Numbered from the stretch's first letter, positions 19,213 to 29,615 are shown. The stretch is 64,000 nucleotides of DNA from Gammaproteobacteria bacterium (GCA_045107005.1 JBGCFP010000032.1:15525-79524), one strand, 5' to 3'. Translations and numbers: made by a program. The notes: generated by a model from the letters alone, not told the origin.

Positions 19213-21240
19213 ATGATGCGCTGGCAGGTGGGCGATTACGATTTTGACGCCGATACCAGGCGCTTGCTCGGCGAAGGGCGCGACGTGTTGCTCGAACCCA
19301 AAGCCGCCGCGCTGCTCGCTTATTTTTGTCAGCACCCGGGTCGCAGCATTGCCCGCGATGAGCTGCTGGCCAAGGTGTGGTACGGGCAGATCGTTTCGGA
19401 CAACTCGATCAATCGGGTGATCGTGCTGCTGCGCAAGGCGCTGCAGGACGAGGGCAAGGCCAGGCGCTACATTGCCACCGTGCCGAAGCTCGGCTATCGA
19501 ATGATCGCGGATGTGGCAGCGGTCGATGGCGCCGAGGCCAGCAACGCGACCGCTCACGGCCGCGGGTCACGAATTGCCGCTTCCCGTTTGCGTGTGGTGG
19601 GCGGCGTTATCGCAATGGCCGCCGTCGTGGCCTATTTTTTGGTGGGGCGAGAATCGCCATCTGTGATCGCGCAAAGCCCGTCGATCGTGCCGCTGTCGCG
19701 CCTGGCCGATACGCAATTCAACGCTGATCTTGGTAGCGATGGCCAAACCTTGCTGTTCACCGCCAGCAACGGTGAGCGCAACGCGATCTTCCGGGTGTCC
19801 GGATCGGGTGATCAGCCGGTGGTAGTCAGCGCGCCCGGCGGCGACGCCAATTTTGCAACCTGGGCCCACGGCGACGCGTTTGCGGTGTATCAGTTTGTTG
19901 ACGATGGGCGCTGCGAGTTTCACCGCATAGAACGCGAATCAGACGCCACGCGATCGGCCTCAGTGCTTTATCAATGTGTGCCCGAGAGCTACACCGAGCT
20001 GTCGTTATCGCTGGACAATTCGACGCTCTATTTTGTCGAGCGCGCGTCGCCATTTTCGCCCTATGCCGTCTACGCGCTGGATATCGAACAGCGCAGCAAG
20101 CGCCGACTGTCGCAACCGGTCGCTCGCGGCTACGGTAACCACTTTGTCGATGTGCATCCAAAGACCGGTGCGCTGCTGCTGCTGAGCGATCACGCACCCG
20201 GCAAGACCTCCGTGTTCGAGCTGGATCCGCTCAGTGACAGCTTCGCGTTGCGCAAGACGTTCGATTTTAGTCTCGATAGCGCGATCTGGAGCCATCGTGA
20301 TCGGGCCATCGTGCACCCGTCCAAACACCCATCGTATCAACTGCTGGAAACGTCTCTGGACGACGACATCAGTTCGGTGGTGGTGTCAGACAGCCGACGC
20401 ATTAGCAGTCCTAAGCGCATTTCCAGTCCCGACATGACAGATCGCGACTACTTATTTACGTCCTATTTGTTTAACCGGGACATCGCCGTGTCGTCGTTTG
20501 AAGGTGCCGATTTTAACTCCGGCGTGATGGATTATTTGCCGGTGATTTCAAACAGCGGTCAGCAGCTGGCGTTTATTTCCAAGCGCTCGGGTTACAGCCA
20601 GATCTGGATCAAGGATTTTCGCAGTGGCGAACTGGCTGCGATCGAGCCGCTCGATACGGGGCGCCGGTTTTTTGATCTGGCCTGGTCCGCGGATGACGGC
20701 CGCCTGCTGGCCAGCACCAATACCGGCTTGTTCGTCTACTCCCTCGTTGAGAGCGCGTATGAACACGACATTGCTCTGCCGCTGCCGGCTCATGCGGTGC
20801 GCTGGCACGACGCTGAAACGCTGTCGTTCAGTCACTACGAGAATCAGCATTGGCACGCGTTTTTGTATGACCTGGCGAGCTTGCAGACAGTGGCGCTGGA
20901 CGAGCGCTGGGCGTTTTCCATGCGCAATGAGCAACAGCAAATCTTCATTGATCAGGACTTGAGGGCATTTCGTGACGGTCGCGAACTGACCGCGCTGCAA
21001 GCCTGCGCACAACCCGTATGGCGCCATCAACTCCGCTATCAGCTCGACGGTCGCAACGTTTACTGTCACGCCGACGATGCGCGCGCCGATGTGCTGCGTT
21101 TTGATGGCGACATGTCCATGACGCGGTTGGCAGATAAAGTGCCGCGCTACGAGTTTTACAGCGTGCGCGGCGGACAGTTTGCCAAGACCACGGTGGCGAG
21201 CTCGTACAGCGATATCATGCGTACGCTTCACCCGGAGTAA
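19213..21240 (+). CDS. CadC/ToxR-like regulator: winged helix + TM + TolB-like beta-propeller
   Basis: LEPK..LL...RDELLAKVW...LRKAL...IATVPKLGYR; TM; PD40-like PVISNSGQQLAFISKRSGYSQIW; ATG 19213 (track 19060). Confidence 0.88.
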   Translation: MMRWQVGDYDFDADTRRLLGEGRDVLLEPKAAALLAYFCQHPGRSIARDELLAKVWYGQIVSDNSINRVIVLLRKALQDEGKARRYIATVPKLGYRMIADVAAVDGAEASNATAHGRGSRIAASRLRVVGGVIAMAAVVAYFLVGRESPSVIAQSPSIVPLSRLADTQFNADLGSDGQTLLFTASNGERNAIFRVSGSGDQPVVVSAPGGDANFATWAHGDAFAVYQFVDDGRCEFHRIERESDATRSASVLYQCVPESYTELSLSLDNSTLYFVERASPFSPYAVYALDIEQRSKRRLSQPVARGYGNHFVDVHPKTGALLLLSDHAPGKTSVFELDPLSDSFALRKTFDFSLDSAIWSHRDRAIVHPSKHPSYQLLETSLDDDISSVVVSDSRRISSPKRISSPDMTDRDYLFTSYLFNRDIAVSSFEGADFNSGVMDYLPVISNSGQQLAFISKRSGYSQIWIKDFRSGELAAIEPLDTGRRFFDLAWSADDGRLLASTNTGLFVYSLVESAYEHDIALPLPAHAVRWHDAETLSFSHYENQHWHAFLYDLASLQTVALDERWAFSMRNEQQQIFIDQDLRAFRDGRELTALQACAQPVWRHQLRYQLDGRNVYCHADDARADVLRFDGDMSMTRLADKVPRYEFYSVRGGQFAKTTVASSYSDIMRTLHPE

Positions 21241-21315
21241 GCACGCCCTGAGTGGTTCGACGACGCCCGGTGCCGCATGGGCGGTGGGCCGGGCGTCGGT
21301 CGCGGCGTGCTTACT
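21236..21315. repeat. Nested inverted repeat filling a convergent intergenic gap; possible bidirectional terminator
   Basis: 12-bp perfect outer arms agtaagcacgcc/ggcgtgcttact and inner arms cgacgcccgg/ccgggcgtcg. Confidence 0.7.
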
Positions 21316-21736
21316 GCTGGTTGGTGACCCGTCCCCAGGCGACGTTGGTGATGCGCCAGCCGTCAGCCAGCTTAAACAGCACAATATTTTTGACATAGGT
21401 ATTGCGCGGCGACTCGGGTTGGTAACGATGCAGAGACGTCACCACTGCCATATCGTTATAGATATCGATGTCCAGCAGGTTGTGAATGACAGCCTCGGCG
21501 CCTTTGCCGTCTTCCTTGTCCAGTTGTGGCGTGCCGTGTGAATGCTGACCGTTTTCGTCAATGCGATGATAGAGGACGGTATCTGAGATGCATTTTGATG
21601 AATGCTCTTTGCCACCGTAGAGGTCCCACTGGTAGAAGCACTCCATGGCCGCTTTGATTTGTTCGCGGTCGGACTGCGCGTAGGCGGTTGGCGCGAACAG
21701 AGCAAGGGCCAATACTGCGGTCGTAAAAATTTTCAT
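21311..21736 (-). CDS. Exported NTF2-like (putative lumazine-binding) protein
   Basis: Signal peptide; SDREQIKAA, IDIYNDMAVV, LFKLADGWRITN pattern. Confidence 0.7.
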   Translation of the reverse strand: MKIFTTAVLALALFAPTAYAQSDREQIKAAMECFYQWDLYGGKEHSSKCISDTVLYHRIDENGQHSHGTPQLDKEDGKGAEAVIHNLLDIDIYNDMAVVTSLHRYQPESPRNTYVKNIVLFKLADGWRITNVAWGRVTNQQ

Positions 21737-21748
21737 GATATCTCCGAT

Positions 21749-22501
21749 TTAGCGTTGATTAAGAGTGGTAGGTGCGGGGTGGTCGGCGTTGATCACTTTG
21801 AGTAGCGCGAAAGCCAGCGGTCCGGCGGACGCCGGGTTCTGGCCGGTGAGCAAGTTGCCGTCCCGCACCACCCACGGCTCGTAGGGTGGCGCGGCGCTGA
21901 ACTGCGACGACACTTGCTTGAGCTTGTCCTCCAGAAGAAACGGGTAGTTGGCTCTGGCCCACTCACCCTCTTCAGCGTTCGATTTGGCGGTGAGCTTCTT
22001 GCCTTTGATCATGAGCTCGCCATCACTCAGGCGTACCGCCGCGAAGGCGGCAGGACCGTGACAATCCGCGGCCACCGGTTTGCCGCTTTCGTACATGACG
22101 GCAGTGATACGGTTCACTTCGGGATGATCAAACAGATCAAACATAGGGCCGGCGCCGCCAGGGACATACAGCGCCACGTAGTCGCCGGGACGTACATCGC
22201 GAAGCTTGAGCGGTTTGGCCAGCACGTCGGTCAGGCCAGCCAGCGTGCGCTTTTCCTGATCGCTCATCATGTCCGAGCCAGCCTGCACACCGGGGTGGCC
22301 GGCAGGGCTCGCGAAATCCACATCAAGCCCGGCCTCGGTCAGAATTCGATAAGGCGTGAGGACCTCGGGCAACCAGTAGCCGTGCTCGTGGGCAGACAGC
22401 ACGAACAGGATTTTCGGTTCCTTGACGGTGTGGGCCTGTGCGGCTTGGGCGAAGCCAAACACACACCAGCTGATCAGAAGTAACAGGGCTCTTGGTTGCA
22501 T
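21749..22501 (-). CDS. DJ-1/PfpI family (type 1 GATase-like) protein with signal peptide
   Basis: GYWLPE, VPGGAGPMFD, DCHGP nucleophile, LTGQNPAS; start 22501 or 22513. Confidence 0.88.
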   Translation of the reverse strand: MQPRALLLLISWCVFGFAQAAQAHTVKEPKILFVLSAHEHGYWLPEVLTPYRILTEAGLDVDFASPAGHPGVQAGSDMMSDQEKRTLAGLTDVLAKPLKLRDVRPGDYVALYVPGGAGPMFDLFDHPEVNRITAVMYESGKPVAADCHGPAAFAAVRLSDGELMIKGKKLTAKSNAEEGEWARANYPFLLEDKLKQVSSQFSAAPPYEPWVVRDGNLLTGQNPASAGPLAFALLKVINADHPAPTTLNQR

Positions 22502-22567
22502 CGGCGTTTCCACAGGGTGAATGAGGGTTGCAGCATGCGAGTGGAGCGGGCTTCAGGTCGTTGGAAT

Positions 22568-22618
22568 TTGGTGATTATTGGTGATGATTTATGATTATCA
22601 ATAAAAATCAGTGTATTA
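22568..22618. promoter_or_regulatory. Three 10-bp direct repeats plus IHF-consensus site upstream of the DJ-1/NTF2 operon
   Basis: ttggtgatta ttggtgatga tttatgatta (22568-22597); aatcagtgtatta (22606-22618) fits WATCARNNNNTTR. Confidence 0.55.
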
Positions 22619-22761
22619 GGGCTTCTCGAAAGAGCACCTGATGCGGTCAGGCCAAGCAGCGGTCACTGGATCGGACCGCCGGATTGACAGCCCTGTCGAT
22701 TGACCTGACCATGCACGCCTCGACGTGCGCGCGTGCGACGCGGCTTAGCAGCGGTAAAGCG

Positions 22762-24321
22762 ATGACCAACAACACCCGATTCACCGTAACCACAGCATTG
22801 ATTGTTGCGCTTGGCGGGTTTTTGATGGGCTTCGATGCGTCGGTGATTTCTGGCGTTGTCGGGTTTATCGAGCTCGAATACGAGCTGACCAAGATTCAGC
22901 TGGGGTGGGCGGTCGCGTCGCTCACACTGACCGCCACGCTGGCCATGATGGTGGCGGGGCCTCTGAGCGATCGACTGGGGCGGCGTCCCGTTCTAAAGCT
23001 GGCGGCCGCGTTGTTCGCCGTGTCCGCCGTGGCGTCAGCCGTCGCGCCCAACTTTTTGACCCTCGTTATCGCCCGCATGCTGGGTGGTTTTGGCGTCGGG
23101 GCGGCGCTGATTATCGCGCCCATGTACATCGCGGAAATTGCCCCGGCGTCCATGCGTGGGCGCTTGGTATCCATTAACCAGCTCAACATCGTTGTTGGTA
23201 TATCCGCAGCGTTCTTCAGCAACTATCTGATCCTGTCGCTGGGTCAGTCCGAGTTAGCCTGGGCGCAATCGCTGGGCCTTGGTGAGTGGGGCTGGCGCTG
23301 GATGCTCGGGATTGAAGCGTTGCCGGCCGTGCTCTATTTCTTCGCGTTGTTTGCTGTGCCAGAAAGCCCGCGATGGCTGTTGCTGCGAGGACGCGATGCG
23401 CAGGCGCAGAAAGTGATGGAGCGCGTTTGCGGTGAGCAGCAGGCACACGATGTGCTCAACGAAGTGCGCGCGACGCTCACCGCCGATGCTGCCCCGCGAG
23501 GTGGCCTCAAAGATCTGTTCAAACCGGCCATGCGATGGGTGCTCACCATTGGTCTGACGGTCGCGATCTTGCAGCAGATAACCGGTATCAATTCCGTGTT
23601 CTTTTACGCGCCCATGATTTTCGAACAGTCCGGTATCGGCACTGATGCCTCGTTCATGCAGGCCGTTCTGGTTGGATTGGTCAATCTTGTGTTCACGGTC
23701 ATTGCCATGCTGCTGATCGACAGGATCGGTCGCCGCCCGCTGCTGGGTGTCGGCCTGGCCGGCATCACCATTTGCATGTTCACCCTGGCTTATGGGTTCG
23801 GTTCGGCGACGTACACGTTGACGGCGGACGCCGCCGCCGCATTGCCCGATGCGATCGACCGGCAAGACATCGCCAGCGTGGTGGGCACAACCTTTGAAAG
23901 CGATGTGGCGTTTCGCGCAAATGTTTCGCAGGCACTTGGCCCGGACGTGTATCGCGCGTTCGAATCGGCACTGGTCAGTGCTTCCATTGCCATGAATCCT
24001 GCGCTGATTTTGCTCGGCATTCTCGGCTTTGTTGCCAGCTTTGCGGTGTCGCTCGGCCCGGTGATGTGGGTGTTGTTCTCTGAGCTGTTTCCCAACGCAT
24101 TGCGTGGCATTGCCATTTCGTTTGTCGGACTGGTCAATTCCGGAGTCAGTTTTGGCGTACAGCTGGTGTTCCCGTGGGAGCTTGTAAACCTGGGTAACGC
24201 GCTGACTTTCGGCATTTACGGAGTCTTCGCCCTGGTCGGGCTGGTGGTGGTCATGAAGATCATGCCGGAGACCAAGAATCAGTCGCTCGAAGCGCTCGAA
24301 GCCCGCTTGGTCCGGCGCTAG
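22762..24321 (+). CDS. Sugar porter family MFS transporter
   Basis: GGFLMGFD, DRLGRR, MYIAEIAP, PESPRW, QQITGIN, PETK; ATG 22762 (track 22684). Confidence 0.94.
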   Translation: MTNNTRFTVTTALIVALGGFLMGFDASVISGVVGFIELEYELTKIQLGWAVASLTLTATLAMMVAGPLSDRLGRRPVLKLAAALFAVSAVASAVAPNFLTLVIARMLGGFGVGAALIIAPMYIAEIAPASMRGRLVSINQLNIVVGISAAFFSNYLILSLGQSELAWAQSLGLGEWGWRWMLGIEALPAVLYFFALFAVPESPRWLLLRGRDAQAQKVMERVCGEQQAHDVLNEVRATLTADAAPRGGLKDLFKPAMRWVLTIGLTVAILQQITGINSVFFYAPMIFEQSGIGTDASFMQAVLVGLVNLVFTVIAMLLIDRIGRRPLLGVGLAGITICMFTLAYGFGSATYTLTADAAAALPDAIDRQDIASVVGTTFESDVAFRANVSQALGPDVYRAFESALVSASIAMNPALILLGILGFVASFAVSLGPVMWVLFSELFPNALRGIAISFVGLVNSGVSFGVQLVFPWELVNLGNALTFGIYGVFALVGLVVVMKIMPETKNQSLEALEARLVRR

Positions 24322-24354
24322 TTTTCGAGCAGTTTGCCGTTATGAGGAATTAAC

Positions 24355-24846
24355 GTGGATCTATTCGCCGCACCGACATCCGGGTTTGAAATTGGCCGCG
24401 TGATTCAGCTTGCGATCACACCGGTGTTTACCGTGGCGGCGATCGCCGGGATCCTGGGCGTGTTGTCCACGCGTCTGGCGCGCATTATTGACCGTGCACG
24501 AGATATCGAAAAACGCATTCCGCGTGCACGCGGCGAAGAACAAAGCCAACTGTTGTGCGTCGAGGCCAAGTCAAACTGGTACCGCATTCGCGTGATCAAT
24601 CGCGCGATTCAGTTGAGCGTCAGTGGCGCTTTGATGATTTGCCTGGTGATCGTGTCGCTGTTTGTCGGGCAGTTCACGACGATCAACTTATCGGCATTCA
24701 TCGCGGCGTTGTTCATCCTTGCGATGCTGCTGGTGATCGGTGGACTGATTTGTCTGCTGATTGAGATTGCCCACGCGACCCGGCGCATGCAGCTGGGGAT
24801 CGAATCTGACATGGACGTGAACGCCAACGAGCCACCAGCCTCATGA
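24355..24846 (+). CDS. DUF2721-like membrane protein
   Basis: IQLAITPVF...RLARIIDRAR pattern with three hydrophobic segments. Confidence 0.75.
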   Translation: MDLFAAPTSGFEIGRVIQLAITPVFTVAAIAGILGVLSTRLARIIDRARDIEKRIPRARGEEQSQLLCVEAKSNWYRIRVINRAIQLSVSGALMICLVIVSLFVGQFTTINLSAFIAALFILAMLLVIGGLICLLIEIAHATRRMQLGIESDMDVNANEPPAS

Positions 24847-24857
24847 GCCGCGACGCG

Positions 24858-25811
24858 TCAGGACGTCAGGACACCACTACCCAACTCACCCATAACCAGC
24901 TTGGGTAAACGATCCACGGTAAACAAACCCCAGTGCTTTTCGGGTTCCAGCGGATCGGGCGAGCCTTTCCACGGTTCGTCGAATGCCTCGAACAAAAACG
25001 TCAGCAAGCGTTCCTGTCTGCTCCACGTCACCAGTTCGCAGCAGTACCGTGCCTGGAACGCCTGTGACGCGTTATCGGGCTGTATGCCGCGGCCGTTGGA
25101 ATTGGTGGTCCAGCCCGCTTCGGTAATCACCACAGGCATGTCGGGATAGCGATCGGTCACCCGCCGTACGTTCTCGCGCGTGTAGTCCATGGCCGTTTCG
25201 ACCGTGTGGTATTCCCAGACCGGATACGTGTGTAGTGAGATAAAGTCGAGGACTTCTACCAGTGGCTCAAGCTTGTCTGTCCACGGCACGTAGTTCTCGC
25301 AAAACGTGACCGGCTGCTTGATGTGACTCTTGATGCGTAAAACGTGCACGATCAGTCGCTCGACCGGCACCAGGTGATCGGTCCAGTCCACGGTCGCTTC
25401 ATTACCCACCGACACGGCGAAGGCTGCCTCGGGGTACTGACTGGCCAGAGCGATCAGTTTGTCGATTTCGGCATCGTTTGCGCTTCTATTCTCGGCCAGC
25501 TGCTCGTCCGAAAATTCGGCGCCCCACGGGCAGTTGGGGTTTGACACCTCGGCGCGCATGTCGGCGCCCAGCATGACGCGGAAATTCAAACTCTCGCGAT
25601 CAATGACCTCCAGCACCCGCTCGGCGTGCGTGCTGCAGTCGTAAAGTCGCAAATACTTCCACTGACCCTCGAGCAGCCGCAGATCTTCGAGAATCTCGTC
25701 GTAAGATGGATACGTGCCGTCGATTGGAGACTGGCCGTCGCGGTAGCCGGAATAGCAAATAGCGTTGCCAAAGTCGACGTCCAGACGGCCGGTAAGTGCT
25801 GCGTCAGACAT
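24858..25811 (-). CDS. Glycoside hydrolase family 17 (beta-1,3-glucan active)
   Basis: AICYSGYR, LRLY, SVGNE, ITEAGW, FEAFDEPWK, EKHWG. Confidence 0.88.
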   Translation of the reverse strand: MSDAALTGRLDVDFGNAICYSGYRDGQSPIDGTYPSYDEILEDLRLLEGQWKYLRLYDCSTHAERVLEVIDRESLNFRVMLGADMRAEVSNPNCPWGAEFSDEQLAENRSANDAEIDKLIALASQYPEAAFAVSVGNEATVDWTDHLVPVERLIVHVLRIKSHIKQPVTFCENYVPWTDKLEPLVEVLDFISLHTYPVWEYHTVETAMDYTRENVRRVTDRYPDMPVVITEAGWTTNSNGRGIQPDNASQAFQARYCCELVTWSRQERLLTFLFEAFDEPWKGSPDPLEPEKHWGLFTVDRLPKLVMGELGSGVLTS

Positions 25812-26757
25812 ACTTCAATTGCCCTTTGGTATCCCATAAACCCCAGTACGCGCCGACGTCGCCCTCATCACCCACTTTCCACGATTCGTCGAACGACGAA
25901 AAATAGAACACGTCGACCTCGTCTTGCTCCGCCCATTGATACGTCTTGATGAAATATTCCAGCGCGTTTTCAAACGAGGGCACAGCGGCGCCAAACGGCG
26001 TACCGACCGTCGGCCAACCGGTTTCCGAAACGATCACCGGCTTGCCGTTCGCGACGGACTGCGCGCGGCGATACATGTCCTTCATGTAAAGCACAGCGAA
26101 CTCAGCCGGGCAGCTCTCCCAAAACGGGTAGCAGTTAACGAGCAGGACGTCGCAGGCATCGGCAACGCGCGGGTGGTTTTCAAACAGAAAATACGCGTCG
26201 ACGTAGCTGACCGGCACGCCGGGTACCGCTGCCTTGGCGCGTTCGATGTAGTCGATCAGCTGGTCTTCGGTCAAATCTTCGCGCAGCAGGATTTCGTTGC
26301 CGACGGCGAGAATGTCGGCGTGGCCAGCCCTGGCAATTTCGATACCGGCAGCCAGTTCCATTTCGTTCTTTTCCAGGTCATCGGTGAGCCCGACACCAAC
26401 CATGGTCTTCAGGCCCATCTCGTGGGCTATCTGCGGTGCCAGTTCGTTGCCCTCGACAGTGGAGAACGTGCGCACCCAGTTAGTGAAAGGCGCGATGATG
26501 CTCATGCGCTCACGAATCTGCTCGGCGCTAATTTGAATGCCCGGCTCCTGTCCGTCCATATACGGGCTGAAGGAAATTCCGTGGACTTTTTTTTCCAGAA
26601 TCCCCCGCAGCAGCTGGATCTTGTCGGCGGTCGACACGCCGCTGAAGTCGGTGCCCAGTAGCTGCGGATGCCCGGGCGTCTGATAGCCCGAGCGCCGCAG
26701 CGCAACGGCGCCGCTGGACCGTGTAAAGGTAGAAGGGTCTGGATTGTGTTCAGTCAT
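25804..26757 (-). CDS. Glycoside hydrolase family 17 (beta-1,3-glucan active)
   Basis: FSPY, WVRTF, AVGNE, VSETGWP, FSSFDESWK, YWGLWD; 8-bp overlap with the paralogue. Confidence 0.88.
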   Translation of the reverse strand: MTEHNPDPSTFTRSSGAVALRRSGYQTPGHPQLLGTDFSGVSTADKIQLLRGILEKKVHGISFSPYMDGQEPGIQISAEQIRERMSIIAPFTNWVRTFSTVEGNELAPQIAHEMGLKTMVGVGLTDDLEKNEMELAAGIEIARAGHADILAVGNEILLREDLTEDQLIDYIERAKAAVPGVPVSYVDAYFLFENHPRVADACDVLLVNCYPFWESCPAEFAVLYMKDMYRRAQSVANGKPVIVSETGWPTVGTPFGAAVPSFENALEYFIKTYQWAEQDEVDVFYFSSFDESWKVGDEGDVGAYWGLWDTKGQLKYV

Positions 26758-27027
26758 TATGGGTCGCGATCTCGAGGTTCAACCATTGCGGAGGCGAACG
26801 ATACAGCATGTGCCGAAGTCCGTGGACCTTGCGGCGCACAATAATTGGGCAAACTCAAGACAGCGACCTGTGCAAAAGTTCGGGCCGATCGATGAGTTTT
26901 TTTCATCCGAAAGGGTATTTTTTCTCGTTTGTGGGCACTTCGCCGACCCTCTAACGTTTCGGTAACCCCAAAACAGATGATGGGGAGCAAGCCGAATGAT
27001 TCGGTCTGCGACACAGGAGCCTGGACA

Positions 27028-27213
27028 ATGCAAAACACGAGGATACCGCGGCCGGAAGCCCTGATCGTGCACAAATACGGTCTGACCACGATCGCGCCTT
27101 ACATGGCCATGCCGATCGTGCCGGTCGACAAATTCCATACTTCACCGACGCCGCGACGTGCGCGTCGGTCTTTGCGCGCTCGTTTGCGCGCCATTCTGAC
27201 GAGGACTGCCTGA
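27028..27213 (+). CDS. Small basic hypothetical protein
   Basis: caggag RBS before ATG 27028; stop overlaps next start (TGATG); Arg-rich C-terminus. Confidence 0.5.
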   Translation: MQNTRIPRPEALIVHKYGLTTIAPYMAMPIVPVDKFHTSPTPRRARRSLRARLRAILTRTA

Positions 27214-27452
27214 TGCCAAATCAACTTGTGGAAACCACTAGCACGCGACCAACGATCGGCGACGTCGCTCAAGCGGCGGGCGTGTCCACCAAGACCGTTT
27301 CGCGGGTGTTCAATGGTGAGCCCAACGTGCGCGAGAGTACGCGCGAACGCGTACAAAAAGTGATCGATACTCTGGATTACGAGCCAAACCCGTATGCTCA
27401 GTATCTCGGTTCCATGCGCGCGCTGAAGGCGGCCGGCGGCGCCAACGCCTGA
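27213..27452 (+). CDS. Stand-alone LacI-type DNA-binding domain (no effector domain)
   Basis: TIGDVAQAAGVSTKTVSRVFN...YEPNPYAQYL HTH and hinge, stop at 79 aa. Confidence 0.8.
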   Translation: MPNQLVETTSTRPTIGDVAQAAGVSTKTVSRVFNGEPNVRESTRERVQKVIDTLDYEPNPYAQYLGSMRALKAAGGANA

Positions 27453-27817
27453 TGCCCTGGTCGGCGAGCGGCGTCCGGATAATCGGGCTGCTCAACGTTG
27501 CTTTGTGCAGATGCTGCCTGGCGCTCGCACGAATGTTCGTAGCGCGTCTGACGCTGTACCTGCCCGAGGTGCGATTTAAATGACGCTCGCATTTCGAATG
27601 ACGCTGTCACCAAGCTGGCCATGATGCGGTGCCTTGGGCAACGGCCAGTTCGATGCCATCGCCGGCAGCAGTGCGGCGCAAACGGCGGTGATTCTCAGCG
27701 CACGTTTCTTTAGCGTTTTCATACCATCCGAAACAGGGTGTACATGCGTATACTTGTCTCCAGACCAACTCGAGTCTCGGCGACGGGACCAGAGTGCTCA
27801 AACGAGGTGCTTACGCC

Positions 27818-28363
27818 GTGCTACTCGAAACACCCGACGTTCAACTTGGCTGGCAAGCTCAGCCGTTCACGCTGGCCGATCCGGACGGCAACTCGTGGTC
27901 GCTGGCTCAGCGGCAAGACGGAAAGCCGTTTCTTATCGCTTTTATCTGTAATCACTGTCCGTACGTTAAAGCCATCGCGGACCGATTGGCGACAGATGCC
28001 AGGCAGCTTCAGTCCGAGGGCGTAGGCGTTGTGGCCATTAACGCCAATGACTACGTTTCGTATCCGGCAGACAGCCCGCCCAGGATGAAAGAGTTTGCCG
28101 CTCAGCATAACTTTCCGTTCGCGTACCTGATCGACGAAGACCAGTCGGTCGGCCGGGCTTACGACGCCGTGTGCACGCCGGATTTCTTTGGCTTTAACGC
28201 GCGCGGTGAGCTGCAGTATCGTGGGCGCATCGACGATGCGCGTATGGGCGACGCCAGCGGGCGCACGGCGGAATTGGTCGACGCGATGCGGCAGATCGCC
28301 AGCACGGGCGTTGGGCCTGCACAACAACACGCGAGCATTGGTTGCTCGATCAAATGGCGTTGA
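27818..28363 (+). CDS. AhpC/TSA thioredoxin-family protein
   Basis: [36 protein letters not shown]; gaggt RBS before GTG 27818. Confidence 0.9.
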   Translation: MLLETPDVQLGWQAQPFTLADPDGNSWSLAQRQDGKPFLIAFICNHCPYVKAIADRLATDARQLQSEGVGVVAINANDYVSYPADSPPRMKEFAAQHNFPFAYLIDEDQSVGRAYDAVCTPDFFGFNARGELQYRGRIDDARMGDASGRTAELVDAMRQIASTGVGPAQQHASIGCSIKWR

Positions 28364-28388
28364 TACCGAACCGTTTCAGGAGAAGAAC

Positions 28389-29399
28389 ATGAAAGCCATT
28401 GGTTACCAAGCGGCAGGTCCGATTACCGCTGAAAACTCGTTGATCGCGTTCGATGCGCCAGCGCCGCAGATTGGGCCGCGCGATTTGCTGGTCGACGTGC
28501 GCGCCGTTTCCGTTAACCCGGTCGATACCAAAGTGCGGGCCAATATGGCACCTGAGTCCGGCACCAAAATCATTGGTTACGACGCCGCCGGTACCGTCCT
28601 CGCGGTTGGCAGTGACGTCTGCTTGTTCAGTGTTGGGGACGAGGTTTTTTACGCCGGTGATCTGACACGACCGGGCACCAACAGCGCGCAACACGCCGTC
28701 GATGAGCGCATTGTTGGCAAGAAACCCGCGACATTGGGATTTGCGGATGCCGCGGCGCTGCCGCTGACCGCGATCACAGCTTGGGAGATGCTGTTCGATT
28801 CGTTTGGCCTGGCCGAAGGGGCTGGCGATGGGGAGTCCATTCTGGTGATCGGCGGCGCAGGCGGTGTGGGGTCTATTATGATCCAACTGGCTAGCCACTT
28901 GACCAAACTCGACGTTATTGCCACGGCGTCGCGTCCGGACACCGTTGAGTGGGCGAAAAAGATGGGTGCGGATCACGTCATCAATCATCACGCTCCGCTT
29001 GGCGAGCAGCTGAGTGCTTTGGGCGCAGTGCCGCGCTACGTCGCCTGCCTGACGGCTACCGACCAACACTTCGACTCGGTGGTCGGCTTGATCGCGCCGC
29101 GTGGCCACATTGCGGTGATCGATGACCCGGCGTCGCTCGACATTCTGCCGCTTAAACGCAAGGCGCTGTCGGTGAGCTGGGAGTTCATGTTTACCCGTTC
29201 GATGTTTCAGACCGATGACATGATCAAGCAGCACGAACTGCTCGACCGGGTTTCAACTCTGGTGGATGCCGGCGCGTTGCAGACCACCGCGACGCAGAAT
29301 CTCGGTCAGCTTGGTGTGGCGTCATTGAAGGCGGCGCATACGCTTCAGGAAAGCGGTCGCGCCATCGGCAAGACTGTCCTTGAGGGTTTCGCAAACTGA
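28389..29399 (+). CDS. MDR-family quinone oxidoreductase-like protein
   Basis: [36 protein letters not shown]; ATG 28389 (track 28188). Confidence 0.9.
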   Translation: MKAIGYQAAGPITAENSLIAFDAPAPQIGPRDLLVDVRAVSVNPVDTKVRANMAPESGTKIIGYDAAGTVLAVGSDVCLFSVGDEVFYAGDLTRPGTNSAQHAVDERIVGKKPATLGFADAAALPLTAITAWEMLFDSFGLAEGAGDGESILVIGGAGGVGSIMIQLASHLTKLDVIATASRPDTVEWAKKMGADHVINHHAPLGEQLSALGAVPRYVACLTATDQHFDSVVGLIAPRGHIAVIDDPASLDILPLKRKALSVSWEFMFTRSMFQTDDMIKQHELLDRVSTLVDAGALQTTATQNLGQLGVASLKAAHTLQESGRAIGKTVLEGFAN

Positions 29400-29615
29400 C
29401 AACACGTCGCAGGGCGCTGAATATTGGTGCGTTGTTGCCCCGTTGTTATGCAAAATTTGGTTTCTTTTGGGCGACGGTAGCGCCACAATGAGGGGAAATC
29501 GCCGTTCAGATCGCTGATTCATTTGCGACTCTGAAAAAAAGACGATGCCCGACTACCTGCTGCGGAGACCAACACGATGCCACAGAACAAATCCGCCTCA
29601 CGGCGCGGTGATGCT

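Noticed and set aside
27737-27755. gtacatgcgtatac resembling a MalR-type LacI operator
   Set aside because: Imperfect single copy upstream of a thioredoxin-family gene; no match found near the LacI gene
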